From NCBI GenBank assembly GCA_043228905.1, contig JBHGNT010000017.1:16430001-16494000 (forward strand): DNA of 64,000 bases, written 5' to 3'. The translations under genes and the position numbers were made by a program. The first letter of the stretch is position 1. Each line of letters begins with the position of its first letter. Positions 38,829 to 50,700 of this stretch are shown here, piece by piece. The notes under the pieces were generated by a model. The model ran no database searches. It was given only the letters and a program-made list of their open reading frames with translations, and had not been told where the DNA came from. The stretch comes from Azolla caroliniana (lineage: Eukaryota > Plantae > Polypodiophyta).

Positions 38829-39241
38829 ATACATGAATATACATGCAAGAATCAATTGCTAGTTGCTAGAATCCCAAAACCAAATGTCGAAACCCTAAAA
38901 AAGAAAGAAGTTGAAGAAGAAGAAAAACCTAAATGATACATGAATATACATACATGCAAGAATCAATTGCTAGTGGCTAGAATCCCAAAACCAAATGTCG
39001 AAACCCTAAAAAAGGAAGAAGAAGAAAAACCTAAATGATACATGAATATACATACATGCAAGAATCAATTGCTAGTTGCTAGAATCCCAAAACCAAATGT
39101 CGAAACCCTAAAAAAGGAAGAAGAAGAAAAACCTAAATGATACATGAATATACATACATGCAAGAATCAATTGCTAGTTGCTAGAATCCCAAAACCAAAT
39201 GTCGAAACCCTAAAAAAGGAAGAAGAAGAAAAACCTAAATG
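38829..39241. repeat. Four tandem ~102-bp repeats, each with a telo-box (AAACCCTA)
   Basis: Units start at 38829, 38936, 39038 and 39140: ATACATGAATATACAT...GCAAGAATCAATTGCTAG...GTCGAAACCCTAAAAAAGGAAGAAGAAGAAAAACCTAAATG. Confidence 0.93.
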
Positions 39242-39981
39242 ACCCCAAAATTGACCAATAAACGAAATAAACTCTCTGCTCACTAAGAGAGTGAAGAAAG
39301 ATTTGAACTTTGGACCTAATAAATGTAAGAAATAACTCTAACCACTAAACCAAACCTAATAGACATATAATTATAGAATATACTCGAATGCATTGGAAAA
39401 CATTCTTTTTCCACACGAATGAAAACGAATGCGTATGCGTATGTTATCAAAACCTCAGAGCTACCCTCATGAAACCCTCATTCTGCATCTCCTTTTGTAA
39501 CAATTTCCCATGAAACCCTAATTCTGTATCTCCTCTTGTCACATTTTCCTGCTTCGCCCGTATTTTCACCGTTAGAACTTACGGAAGAGAGATCTAATGG
39601 TGAATCCTTCCCAAGGCACTCTTCGCATCCCGCCTGGTATGTAAATTGATAATGCTATATCGCTAACTTTTATTCGCCTGTTTTGCTTTCCATATGCTGT
39701 CACATCACACGATCAAATGCTTTTGAGGTTTAAACTACGTGCTTATATTCTGCATAAAGATTCTAATATGTACAAATATGTCTACATGTATGCAAAATCA
39801 TGTGTGTATGTATGCCATTTTTCTTGTTTCTCTAATTGCAGGGTCTCCAGTTAATCTAGTACAAAACCGTTTTGTACAGAAAATATTTGAGTGCTACAAT
39901 TATGGGGTTGTTATTACGCTGTCTATGCATACACAAACATTGTACTTAGAGGTATATGTTTACACATCCACAAATACATTT

Positions 39982-40018
<37 letters not shown>

Positions 40019-40280
40019 TATGTACACACTCATATACATACAAATGTGTGTACATGTATATACATATAGATATGCATTTTGTGTATGTATACCTCCATAT
40101 ACACACATAAGCATATGTAGTACAAAATCTGTTTTACAGAGTATTTAACTGAAATAATACACACATATACATTATCTCATTGGGTTTTCTATCTTACTGA
40201 TAGGGTTTTCTCCAGCTGATGCTTATCTAGTAACACAAAAGCAGGATTTGAACAGAAATCAATTATAAAGTGTTACAGTT

Positions 40281-41760
40281 ATGGAGTTTCTATGGGTATT
40301 AGCTAAAAGATCAGCCACTGTCCTGGTAGTGTCGATGTCATTGGCAGATACAGTGGGAAGCATCGCACGAACCCATGGTGACTCTATGCAACCTACTCTC
40401 AACCCAGGGAGTCGTGGTCTATCAGGGATAGTAAATGGAGATGTTGTTTTTGTTGAGAAACTCTCAGCTCCATCTTTCAAATTCTCTCGCGGCGATGTTG
40501 TTGTGTTAAGGTAATTCTGTTTTCCTTTTTGCACTTCATATTTTAGAGACCAATTCTCCAGACTTAACCATCAAGTTTTTGAACTACTTTCCAAAATGCC
40601 CTTGGTCAACCCCCTGAAAGGGCTGCTACTTGAGTCATAATATGGTCAATTCATCCCCTTTCCATCTCTTTTGGGGTTGATCAAAGTCATCTGGGAAAGA
40701 GTGGAAAATGCAGTTTTATTTGGGAAAATAAAGAAAAACTTCGGTTTTTGTAGCTTTTCCCTAATATTTTAATGGTTTTTGTGCATTGTTCTCAAGGATG
40801 GCTGATCCATAACAATATAATTGAATGAAAGGGTAGGGCACTCTTACACAAATTTGTGTTCTTTTACCAATGACTAAGGTTATTTCTATGATATAAATGA
40901 TATAGGCCAATGCAACAAGCTTTTCCATTATCGTTTTCTTTGTGCACATTCTACATTCGATAGCAATAGTGGCTTTCTGGCATTCCTTTTTGTCATATTA
41001 TAGATTAATAGGTTCGGTATTAAATGCCTTCATCTCAGTTGAAAGCCTGTTTTATTTTACATGTTAACACGTTATAGATGTCTTTTTGTTGAGGTCATGC
41101 TTTTTTATCTGATTCTCATGAAGCTATATATTTTGCGATATAATGGACAGCGGGAAATTGGACAGTACTAGTGTTCCCATTTTGCATTCCTTGTGTGTCA
41201 GGTTTTGATAAGCTGGTGATTTGTGTGAGAAAACCAGTTGATGATTATTGTATGGGTTATCCCTTGGTTGGTCCTGATTGTTGTCCATGAATCAATATGC
41301 CTTGATCTTCCATACATAAATGAACCATCTTCTTCTTTTGTTATAGCAACTTCGCTCTTCATGTTGGTTTGCTTACAGGTCACCGGAGGAACCTAATAAA
41401 TGGATGGTTAAGAGATTGATAGCACTTCAAGGGGATTGGGTTAATGTTCCAGGATCATATGAAATCTTGCAAGTTCCCAAGGGTAGATGTTGGGTTGAGG
41501 GTGATAATGGAAGTGTTAGCTTGGATTCAAGGACCTTTGGTGCAGTAAGTGCACACATTTCTATTTGTGCCTTCAGATTTGTTGGGTAGCCCCCAAAAAA
41601 CATTACGATGATGAGTTTGGTTTTTTGTCAATAGATCCCTTTCGCATTGGTAAAAGGAAGAGTAACTCACAAGATTTGGCCTCCAAGTCGAGTTGGACGT
41701 GTGGAAAGAGTGTTGCCTTCCGGCCGAGTTATGCTTGATGATTTAAATGCCAGAAGATAG
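40281..41760 (+). CDS. IMP2: Mitochondrial inner membrane protease subunit 2 (S26 peptidase), 173 aa; exons 40281-40510, 41379-41544, 41635-41760
   Basis: HGDSMQPTLNP (catalytic Ser), RGDVVVLR|SPEEPNKWMVKRLIALQGDW (catalytic Lys), VPKGRCWVEGDN..SLDSRTFGA|IPFALVKGRVTHKIWPPSR; GT-AG introns in phase. Probable 5'UTR exon ending near 39636 (CTG|GTATGT). Confidence 0.93.
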
Positions 41761-43925
41761 ATGAATTTGAGGTTCCTTATTGAACAGGAGATTATTATTG
41801 TCAATGACATGGTGCAGCTTCAATTTTTTTTGGTAATTATCATGTAAATAAAGTGGAAAGTCTGAGCTACCTGAATTGACATTACAAGGCTCTTTGAGCT
41901 TGGTGCAACTAACTATATTTAATTATGATCAAAATTGAAGAATAACCAGCCCAGACAATGTTCACAATACATGTATTGATTGTCCCATGAGGTTTTGCTC
42001 TTTCTACATATATCTTTGTCAGTTGTCTAGCTTGACATTTCATGTGCCCCATGAGATTTTTACTTCAGTGCAATGCCAATATTATCTTGTTTTGCTAGTT
42101 TCAACTCATGTTTTCTTTTATTAGGTGTATACAACCAAGAAGAGAAATTGCCTTGCAACTGCAAGTACCAATATTGTCACCCCAATTGTGTGTTTGATTG
42201 AGCTTTCTGCATTTAATAATGCACGGGAAACATTTATGGGCTTTTATAGAGGGATATGTAGTCCACCTATATATACTTCTTGAGGATGATGAAAAGGAGA
42301 AGAATCAAATCATGATGATGAGGAAGATATCATGGACATTGATGGAGTTAAGGAGGTACAAAATGAAGGTAATGTTTATTTCCACTATCAATGTACATAT
42401 ATGCTAGTGCCTAGTTGTTCTCATACATACATACATACATACATACATACATACATACATAAACATAAACTTAAAAACTTTTTTTGCATTGTAAAGTCTG
42501 AAGTTTTAGAGTCAGAATTGTTTTAGGAATGAAATTATTTTATGTCTTACTGAGTCCGATTAGGTTCTAAACCTTGAGTATCGTTATGGAAAGGCTAAAC
42601 ATGTTTTGCTCATAAGTTGGTCCCCATGTATCGTTGGTCTATCTAGATGTGATTGATCTTGATCACAAAGTAACACCCTATCCATTTTCGAAGCTTTAAA
42701 ATTCAAATATGATGCATTCTCTTTCCCATTTCCCGTTTCCGAATTTATGCCCTTGTTGCCAAAACGTTCCCATTTTGGGTAACTATGATTTTCCCCTCTT
42801 GTTTACCTTATTTTCTAATATAGTTTTAGGGGTCTTGCTTATTTCAAGGTTGAGACGTTACTGTCTTTAGTGACATGAATTCTTGTACAAGGAATTTGCA
42901 CCTTGGTACACAACAATCCTGCATGCCATACAACTTAGGGTTATAAGAGGATATACAAATGTATACAGTAACCATTTGGTTAAGTGCGTCTCCATTAAGT
43001 ATGCCATTCTATTAAATGCACTATTTTTGGAGGCCAAAATCCAAATAAAAAAATTTACATTGTTTTATGTCACTACATCAAATCAAATTAAAACTATGTT
43101 CCAATCATTGAAAAACAAATGATATCATCAATAAAAATTAAAGGAAGTAATCACAATCCCCATCACAGGTGATGGGAGAAGTCGATAGATGTGACAAATA
43201 GAGGATATGGCTTCCACGAGGTTATAGTGCATAACTTTCACATATATGGATATCGATCTTGTGGATGTCTCAAGTGGGGATGAGATCATAGAGGATTCGG
43301 AGGTTCCCACTAGTCCTAACTTAACCCTTCTTATGATTGTTGGGATCAACGATCCTTATCGACTCAAGGTTTGCGATGCTGTTAGAATTAAAATTAAAAT
43401 TTTTATCGTCCATAAAGGGCCAATTTTGACCTATGGGACAATTGCACCACCCCAAAAGAAATTTTTGTATTATGTGGAATCCTTTAGGATGGGGATATTG
43501 TTATCGAAGGAAGAGAATTTTGTAACTAATCAAATGAGGAAAGACAACATTTGTAACTAATCATCTCTATCCTAGTGAGATTGTCTCTGTCAAATATGTT
43601 GTTGATGGTGAGAACATTTAGAGAAATGGGGGAGGTTGTGGCCACAACTGGTGGTGGTACTAATTATTACGCACTATGGATCTCGAGAAGTGGATGTTGG
43701 TCTTGCCATAGGCACCCAAGGCACAAAAGTTGCAAGGCAATTCAAAGATAATAATTATGGAGGACAATTTCATGTTAGTCGTGAAAGGAGTACAATGCGG
43801 CAATTGATTTAAAGCAACATACAGAAATTCATGAAATTGACTGTGAATGTGGCAACAATCTCCATAAACTTTGTGGCGGCAATATCAATGAACTACTAAC
43901 CAACTTAACTCAAGATTAGCACGTA

Positions 43926-43928
<3 letters not shown>

Positions 43929-43998
<70 letters not shown>
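43929..43998. repeat. Compound (CT)n(CA)n microsatellite
   Basis: Direct reading. Confidence 0.95.
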
Positions 43999-43999
<1 letters not shown>

Positions 44000-44000
<1 letters not shown>

Positions 44001-46040
44001 GATAGACAAGTATTGTATTAATCACTATTCTTCTTGATACAAAGAGGTCTAGCACCATACAAGAGAAGAAGATTTGGGTTTGGCTCTATTAGTCTTTAAC
44101 CCTAACCTTCGTTAGCTCTAATAAGGATTAAGGAGATAGAGAAGGGCTTAATGTACTAATCAAAAGATAGCTCTCAAGAATCCAGAAGAAACTCTAAAAG
44201 TCACCGAAAGGTGGCTTTTATAGTATCTCTCTTTCTCACTAGGGTGCCCATTGGGCTACATTGGTCTTTCTTTGGTTTGTTTTATCCCCCTTTCCCTAAG
44301 GTTGATTGAACTTGGTGTCCTTGTTGGTGTCATGATCTTCAAAACATGTGTGTCGCGTGCCAGATACTTAACATCAACCGGTGTGTTGAGTGTCGTATAG
44401 ATACCATCCCCCCTCCTAAGCAAACTTTCAAGAATAAATGGGTCGTAACATTGTTTAAGTTTGTTGTTGTTGACAAAACCCGGAAGGTCGATGCCGTCAA
44501 GGATGCATAGCATACATGCTCCAGTCTTTCAGATTGTAGAGGTGATATATGGACCTTCACCTCATAGTTTGAGTTTTTTCTTATTTGGGAGGTAAACTTA
44601 AGAATTGTGTCCCCTTCTTCTATGTTGTTTTTTGTTTTCGGCTAGCAATGCATGGAAGGTGAGTAACTTGGTCTCAATTAGGCATTCGAGGTTTTCAAGG
44701 CGCGACGGTAAGGTGTTATCGTCCCAACACTCTTGGATTGTGACACGAAAGCTAGGGACGAGGAACTCGATCCGGACAACTGCTTCCTAGCCGTAGACAA
44801 GTTTAAAAGTGTGTGTCTTGTAGCTACCTTATAGGATGTGCGAAAAGTCCATAACTCGGTGTGCAATTTGGTGCTGATTCGGATAGAGAAGAAGTGATTA
44901 TCTTCGTTAGAACAACATACAAAACTTTATTAATGTTTTCTATTTGTCCATTGCAGTGTGGGTAGTACGGAGAGCTTTTCGAGTTGGCTTACCATGAATT
45001 CACTCAAGAGGTGAGTGACAACTTTGTTCAAAAAGTGTGAGCCTTGGTCACTAATGATTTCTAGAGGGTAACCAAACCGCGCAATAATATTCTCATATAT
45101 GACCTTTGTCAACACTTTGACAAGCTTTAGCCTCGACCCATTTCGTGGTGTAATCAATCATGGTAATGATATAACGGTTGATGTTCGAAACCAGGATGAT
45201 CGGACCAATGTATACGATTCCCCGCTTCTCGAAGGGCTGCCACAACGAGGTGCAATGTGTTGAAATCGGCTTTGAGAGTGTGTTTATACCGTTGGCACTT
45301 GTCATATCTTTTGACATATCTTGAATAGTGTAGGCAACCAAAGTCCAGACTAGAGGATCTTATGTGTTGTCAACTCATGGTTGAAATGTCCATTGTCAAC
45401 TCTGCAATGCGCTTGCTCAATGGCCACAATCACTTCATGGTCGATACTATGTGCCTTGGGGTTAGAGAGGTGAGGGAGGGGTTAACTTCATGCCAAAATC
45501 GTTGGGAACCGTGTTGGTTGGCACGTGAGAACATTCATCTCAAACTTGATCGTCTCTAAGAGGTTGTCCATAAGTGGGCTTCCTTCTTGTTCGTCAACTC
45601 TCTACGTGTAGGCTTGGATTCGGTTTTGTTTGCTTTACGCATCACGAGAGTAGTTACATTGTTGACACCTATAGCGAGGTGAAACTAGTGTTGTCCATCT
45701 CAAATTGTGCTCTGAATGTGTTGATCGGGGGACCATCACCTTGTTGTTGAGTGACGTCAATATTGAGCAGGTTCGAGAGGATGGGTTCTCTATACTTGGC
45801 GGGAAGTTTACCATTGAGTTAGCGGAGAACATCATGCCAAGGCTAGAGGTTGAGTTTTAACAGTTCTTCGAGTGTTAGCTTGGCTGTTTTGAATAGAATG
45901 TGGTTAAAATTCGGGGCGAACTCTATTAAAGTATCTGTCAAATTATGTACTTCCCATAACGTGAGTCATACTTTGAGTGTTGGGGGAAAGCAAGGTACGG
46001 TGTACCAGAATTTGGCCGAAATTCTAGTACTAATTTGTTG
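44000..46040 (-). mobile_element. Decayed Ty3/Gypsy element: integrase remnants, PPT and probable 3' LTR (44406-44000)
   Basis: WQPFEKRGIVYIGPI...RYIITMIDYTTKWVEAKA, IYENIIARFGYPLEIISDQGSHFLN; minus-strand PPT AGGAGGGGGGA followed by TG at 44406. Confidence 0.8.
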
Positions 46041-46250
46041 AATCTAAAAAGCATAAAATTTTCAAATTAATCCAAGATTTGGGACTAAAAGGTTGATCAT
46101 CACTTCAAATAAAAATACAGACGCATCCTTCCACTCTTACGGCTATGTCCATGACTCCCTCATTGTCTAATCTAGTGCATATGAGTTTGTCAGTGCATAT
46201 GCGAAGGTAGAAGTGTACGAAAATATTATCAGTAAATCTCTCTCTCTCTC

Positions 46251-47220
46251 TTGGTAAAAGCACACAATTATATTAATTGTATATAAAATCCACTTAGTTA
46301 CAACACTTCTTAATGGTACACGTTATAGGACATTTAATGAACCTTTAGAACCACAATAAAATCAAATGATAGATTTGATCGTGAATACAACTTACAAGAT
46401 AAGCGTTGGATATAGAGGGCAAGGAAAATGATCACAAGTTGTGGTGTGACGTGCAAGGCATTGTTGCATAGAATCGAGGAGGGAGTTGTTCCACTTTATC
46501 ACATAGCAAAACAATAATCTAAATTGAACACATCCCAAGAGTATCACCACTATATAAGGGAAGGAAGCCTAGTTTTCATTTAATAGAAGTCCATTCACAA
46601 CTATCGAATGTTCGAAGAACGCATCAACAACTTGTTGAATGTAAACTAGAATAGGTACCCCAATGCAATTACATTAGTATAGAAAGAGCGAGGACAAAAG
46701 GAAGCATTGGAGTTGACACACAAAATGTCTCAAACAACATTAATCACAAAAAATGCTCTTAATCCAACGGATGAGCTGACATTTTCCAGCTACATAGGGA
46801 ATCTATCATTCGATAAGTAATTCCAAATGGTACATGCTATAGGCCATATAATGAACCTATGTGTACTATCCTCCAATGGAACGGTGCAAAAGAAACAAGT
46901 GCCAAACCCTAGTCCTAGTCTCTTTAAGGCCAAACCTAATGGGAGCCCACCAATCATGACTCTTAATATGAATACCTTTGCACGAAATGGTAGATGGGAA
47001 TGCCAACCACGTTGTGATATTTTTCACCATCTTGCATCCGACTTACATACATTCCACAACTTCTCTATTTTAGGAGATAGCCAAGATAATGAATCTGTCA
47101 TTGCATGATGATACAATATATTTGTAGTGACTTGTAACAAGCGTGTACCATCTTGTAACCACCAACTCACCCAAGGTGCAACATTTGTTTTCAATAGCAA
47201 AGATCCTTGCAACAATGGTA
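46251..47220 (-). mobile_element. Decayed L1-clade LINE 3' fragment
   Basis: Minus-strand translation near 46980-46820: AKVFILRVMIGGLPLGLALKRLGLGFGTCFFCTVPLEDSTHRFIIWPIACTIW (zf-RVT-like). Confidence 0.7.
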
Positions 47221-47275
47221 TATCTTGTAGTATATCCCAAAAAAATCTATAATATCTCTCTTTCTCTTTTGTAAT

Positions 47276-47449
47276 TAGCTTACCCTAGTGGTAAGTTGTT
47301 AACACTACAAGCATTGCGTCTTGGGTTCAAAACCCAAATTTTCTCACTTCTCTCTATTATATACTTCATATATATCTCTTAATTCACTAGATGCCAATGT
47401 GGAATGTGGTCTCCATTGGGCAACCTTACCAACTGAGCTACATCCATCT

Positions 47450-47453
<4 letters not shown>
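47276..47453. mobile_element. Two tRNA-derived SINE-like remnants: plus 47276-47340 and minus 47453-47407
   Basis: Plus: TACCCTAGTGG ... GGGTTCAAAACC. Minus: GGATGTAGCTCAGTTGGTAAGGTTGCCCAATGGAGACC with a consensus A box. Confidence 0.55.
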
Positions 47454-47494
<41 letters not shown>

Positions 47495-47645
47495 AAATCA
47501 ATATTTGTTCTTAAAACAAGATAATAATACAACCCTTGCTATCTTCCCTACTTCATAAATAGTGATAGTGCAAGGGAAACCCTCTCAAGTGTTGTAAAAC
47601 TAGATGACATAGGTCTATCTCCTCTTGGGACAACATCCCCATACA

Positions 47646-47700
<55 letters not shown>

Positions 47701-47703
<3 letters not shown>

Positions 47704-50700
47704 AACGGCTCTTTCTGCCGTTGTCGTTGCCGTCTGTTGTTGCTGCCATCGTCGTCTACTGACTGTCGTCGTCGTCATCAGTTCTTGGCTGTCGTCGTCG
47801 TCGTCAATTCTTGGTTGTCGTCACCACCGGCGTCGTTGTCGTGTGTAGTCATTGTCGCTGTCGTCATTGTCCACGCTTCTGACGACGTCATCGACTGAGT
47901 AAACGAGAGAGCATATATGTGCTTCTACACTCAAACCTAGCGCGCAAGGCATTGATGTTCGACTAAGTTTTTTCTGTCCTCTTTGTCTTTTCTTTCTTTT
48001 ATCTTTTGATTTACAACATGACTTCTAGATGAAACCATAAGGAAACACACAAAGAAATTATAAGTAAGGAAGAATTTTAGTTAAAATAGAAAAATGGGCG
48101 AAAGAGATTGAAGCTAAAAAACAAAAAGATAAGGAAGAAAAAGAAGTGCTTATTACTGAAATAACGAAACTTAAAGTAGATAACACGAACCTTCAGAAAC
48201 AAGTTAAGGACCTTGAGACATCTAGGGAAGATGGTGAAATATCTTCCCTAGAGGATATTAAGGACGAGATCAAAAAGTTTAAGGAAGAGGTTAAAAGCGA
48301 TATGGAATTAGAAAAAACTGGGTGGGTTGATGTAGTAAAACGTAATATTAAAAAGGAACTAAATGATGAAAATATTGTAAACACTACCCTTGAGGAGGAA
48401 AAAATGCGTCAAGCTCGACGCCTAAATGTACGAGTTACTGGGCTCAAGGAAGGGGCGTCTCCTGATGAAGATGCACAAACATTAGGGAAAATGTTGGGGT
48501 ACGAAGCCCTACCAATCACTAAAACTTGGAGGGTAGGACATGACACCACTAGGAAAAGATCTTTGGTCCTTCAATTTAAGGACTCAGAATCTAGAATCAC
48601 ATTTTTTAAAAAGAGACCAATTCTTCGAGGGTTGGGCGTGGACCCTATCTACCTCGATGAAGACCTGACCAATATGCAAATTGAGCATTGTAAAACTTGT
48701 ATGGCGCGAGTCATACAAGCTTGTAAAGAGGGGCATCGTGCTTTTTACCAAGACAGGCGTGTGATAATAAATGATCGCACCGCCAATTGACGGCGTGTGG
48801 CCCATGTGACAGACAATATAAACTTAAGATGACTTTATGGAACTGTAACGGTGCACTTTGGACACACCCTTGTTGTCTAGAGGAGATTTTGAAGGTATCT
48901 GACATACTTTTTTTTAGTAGAAACACATCAGAGCCCAAATCGAGGACTGCCACGAGTTGACGGTTTTCGTTGGGAATCTGTCTTTAGACAAACTTCACGT
49001 CGACATACTACTAGAGGGTAACAATCGGCAACGGTTCGGTTCAGTTCGGTTTGAGAGGGTCCAAACCGAACTGGTTTGGAACCGTATCCTTTAAATTTTT
49101 TGAAACCTGAACCAAACCGCGAAACCGTTAAACCGAACCATTAAACAATTTTCAAACCATTAAACCATTAAACCATTAAATCGTAAAAACCGCGGTTTCG
49201 TGGTTCGGTTTCGGTTTTCAACATAGGTCAAAATTTTAATTTTAAATTTTTTAAAATTTATAATATTTCATTATTTAGAATTCTTAAAATTTTTAAGATG
49301 TTCCTAAAATGTGAGAATAAGGTGTAAAAATGAAAAAATTGTTAAAAAACAATTAAAAAAAAAAATTTAGAATTTTTTTATAAATTTTAAACTTTTTTTT
49401 AAAAAAAATTTAAAAAATTTAAAAATAGAAACCGTTAAACCATTTAAACTGCAGTTTTTTATTGTTGAAACTGAACCGAATCGTTAAGCCGTTAAACCGC
49501 GGTTTCGTGGTTCGGTTCGGTTCAAACTAAAACTTTGCCGATTGTTACTAGAGGGTCTGGAGGGGTTGCAATACTATTTCGGAGAGAGATACATAATAGG
49601 ATAGAAATACTAATGAAAGACCCAGAAGCTCGTTTTATGTGGGTGAAAGTCCTCACTAGCAAGGATCAGGCGATATTTATCACCGTGTGTTACTTCCCCC
49701 CGAAAGGATCCCAGTATAATATGGTTGGAGAGGCGAGTATAGCTGATGAAGGAACGCCGCATGGGCCTTCTCCATACGAACCTTTATCGGATGACATAAT
49801 CTGATATTCTTCTCAAGGGGAAGTCTTCCTTGTAGGAGATTTCAATGCGAGAACCCAATCTCAACAATGCACAATATTTCAAATGGATAGAAACCTCGAA
49901 ATGGTGAATGTCGACCCTTTAGACTTAGACATAACGCGTACATCAAAGGATCAAGGTGCGGACGTCACAAGCTTTGGCCATCATCTGCTTGAAGTTGGAA
50001 GCTGACACCAGATGATCATATATAATGGCTTAGCCAAGTGGCCGGGCTCAGAAGCGCTCACATGTTTCCCAAATGGAGGAGGGGAAAGCACAGTTGATTA
50101 CCTAATAGGACGCCCTGAAGCTACCCACATGGTTAACTCCTTCCGAGTGGCTCCATGCCCCATTGGTGCAGACCATAGCTTCCTATACTTTGAGCTAAAA
50201 TGTGACACCTCTCACGCCACCAACTCTAGTCAACCAAACCATCACACCATAATACATTTCATGCATGAGCTCGCTAACATCTACTCTCGACATGTTCAAG
50301 CCCATCTCTCCTCTTTTTATTCTTCCTTGCCTTTAGAGAACCTCACTACAGAACTTGCACACACCCTTCACTCAACAACAATTAGTAGCTTCCCATACAC
50401 GAAACACTCCAATCATAGTAGAATAGGGTCTATGCCACAAAACAAGTGGTATGACGAGGATTGTAGAGAGTTGTATAGACAACTTAAAGTGCCGCGACTT
50501 AGTGGTACTATTTCCTTAGTACAAGCTTGAAAAGAGATGCGCAAGATGACACATTGTAAAAGACGAGCTTGGGAAGCATCCCAAAATTGGGAACTCTACC
50601 ATATGCTCATGAGTAGGGATTGCGCCCTTGCATGGAAGAGACTACGAGAACCGCGGCCACAAACACCCATCGAGGATCCCAATATATGGCACACATATAT

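Noticed and set aside
38829-39241. CRISPR-like array
   Set aside because: Units are contiguous near-identical repeats with no unique spacers; eukaryotic context and no cas genes. The same applies to 23666-23843.
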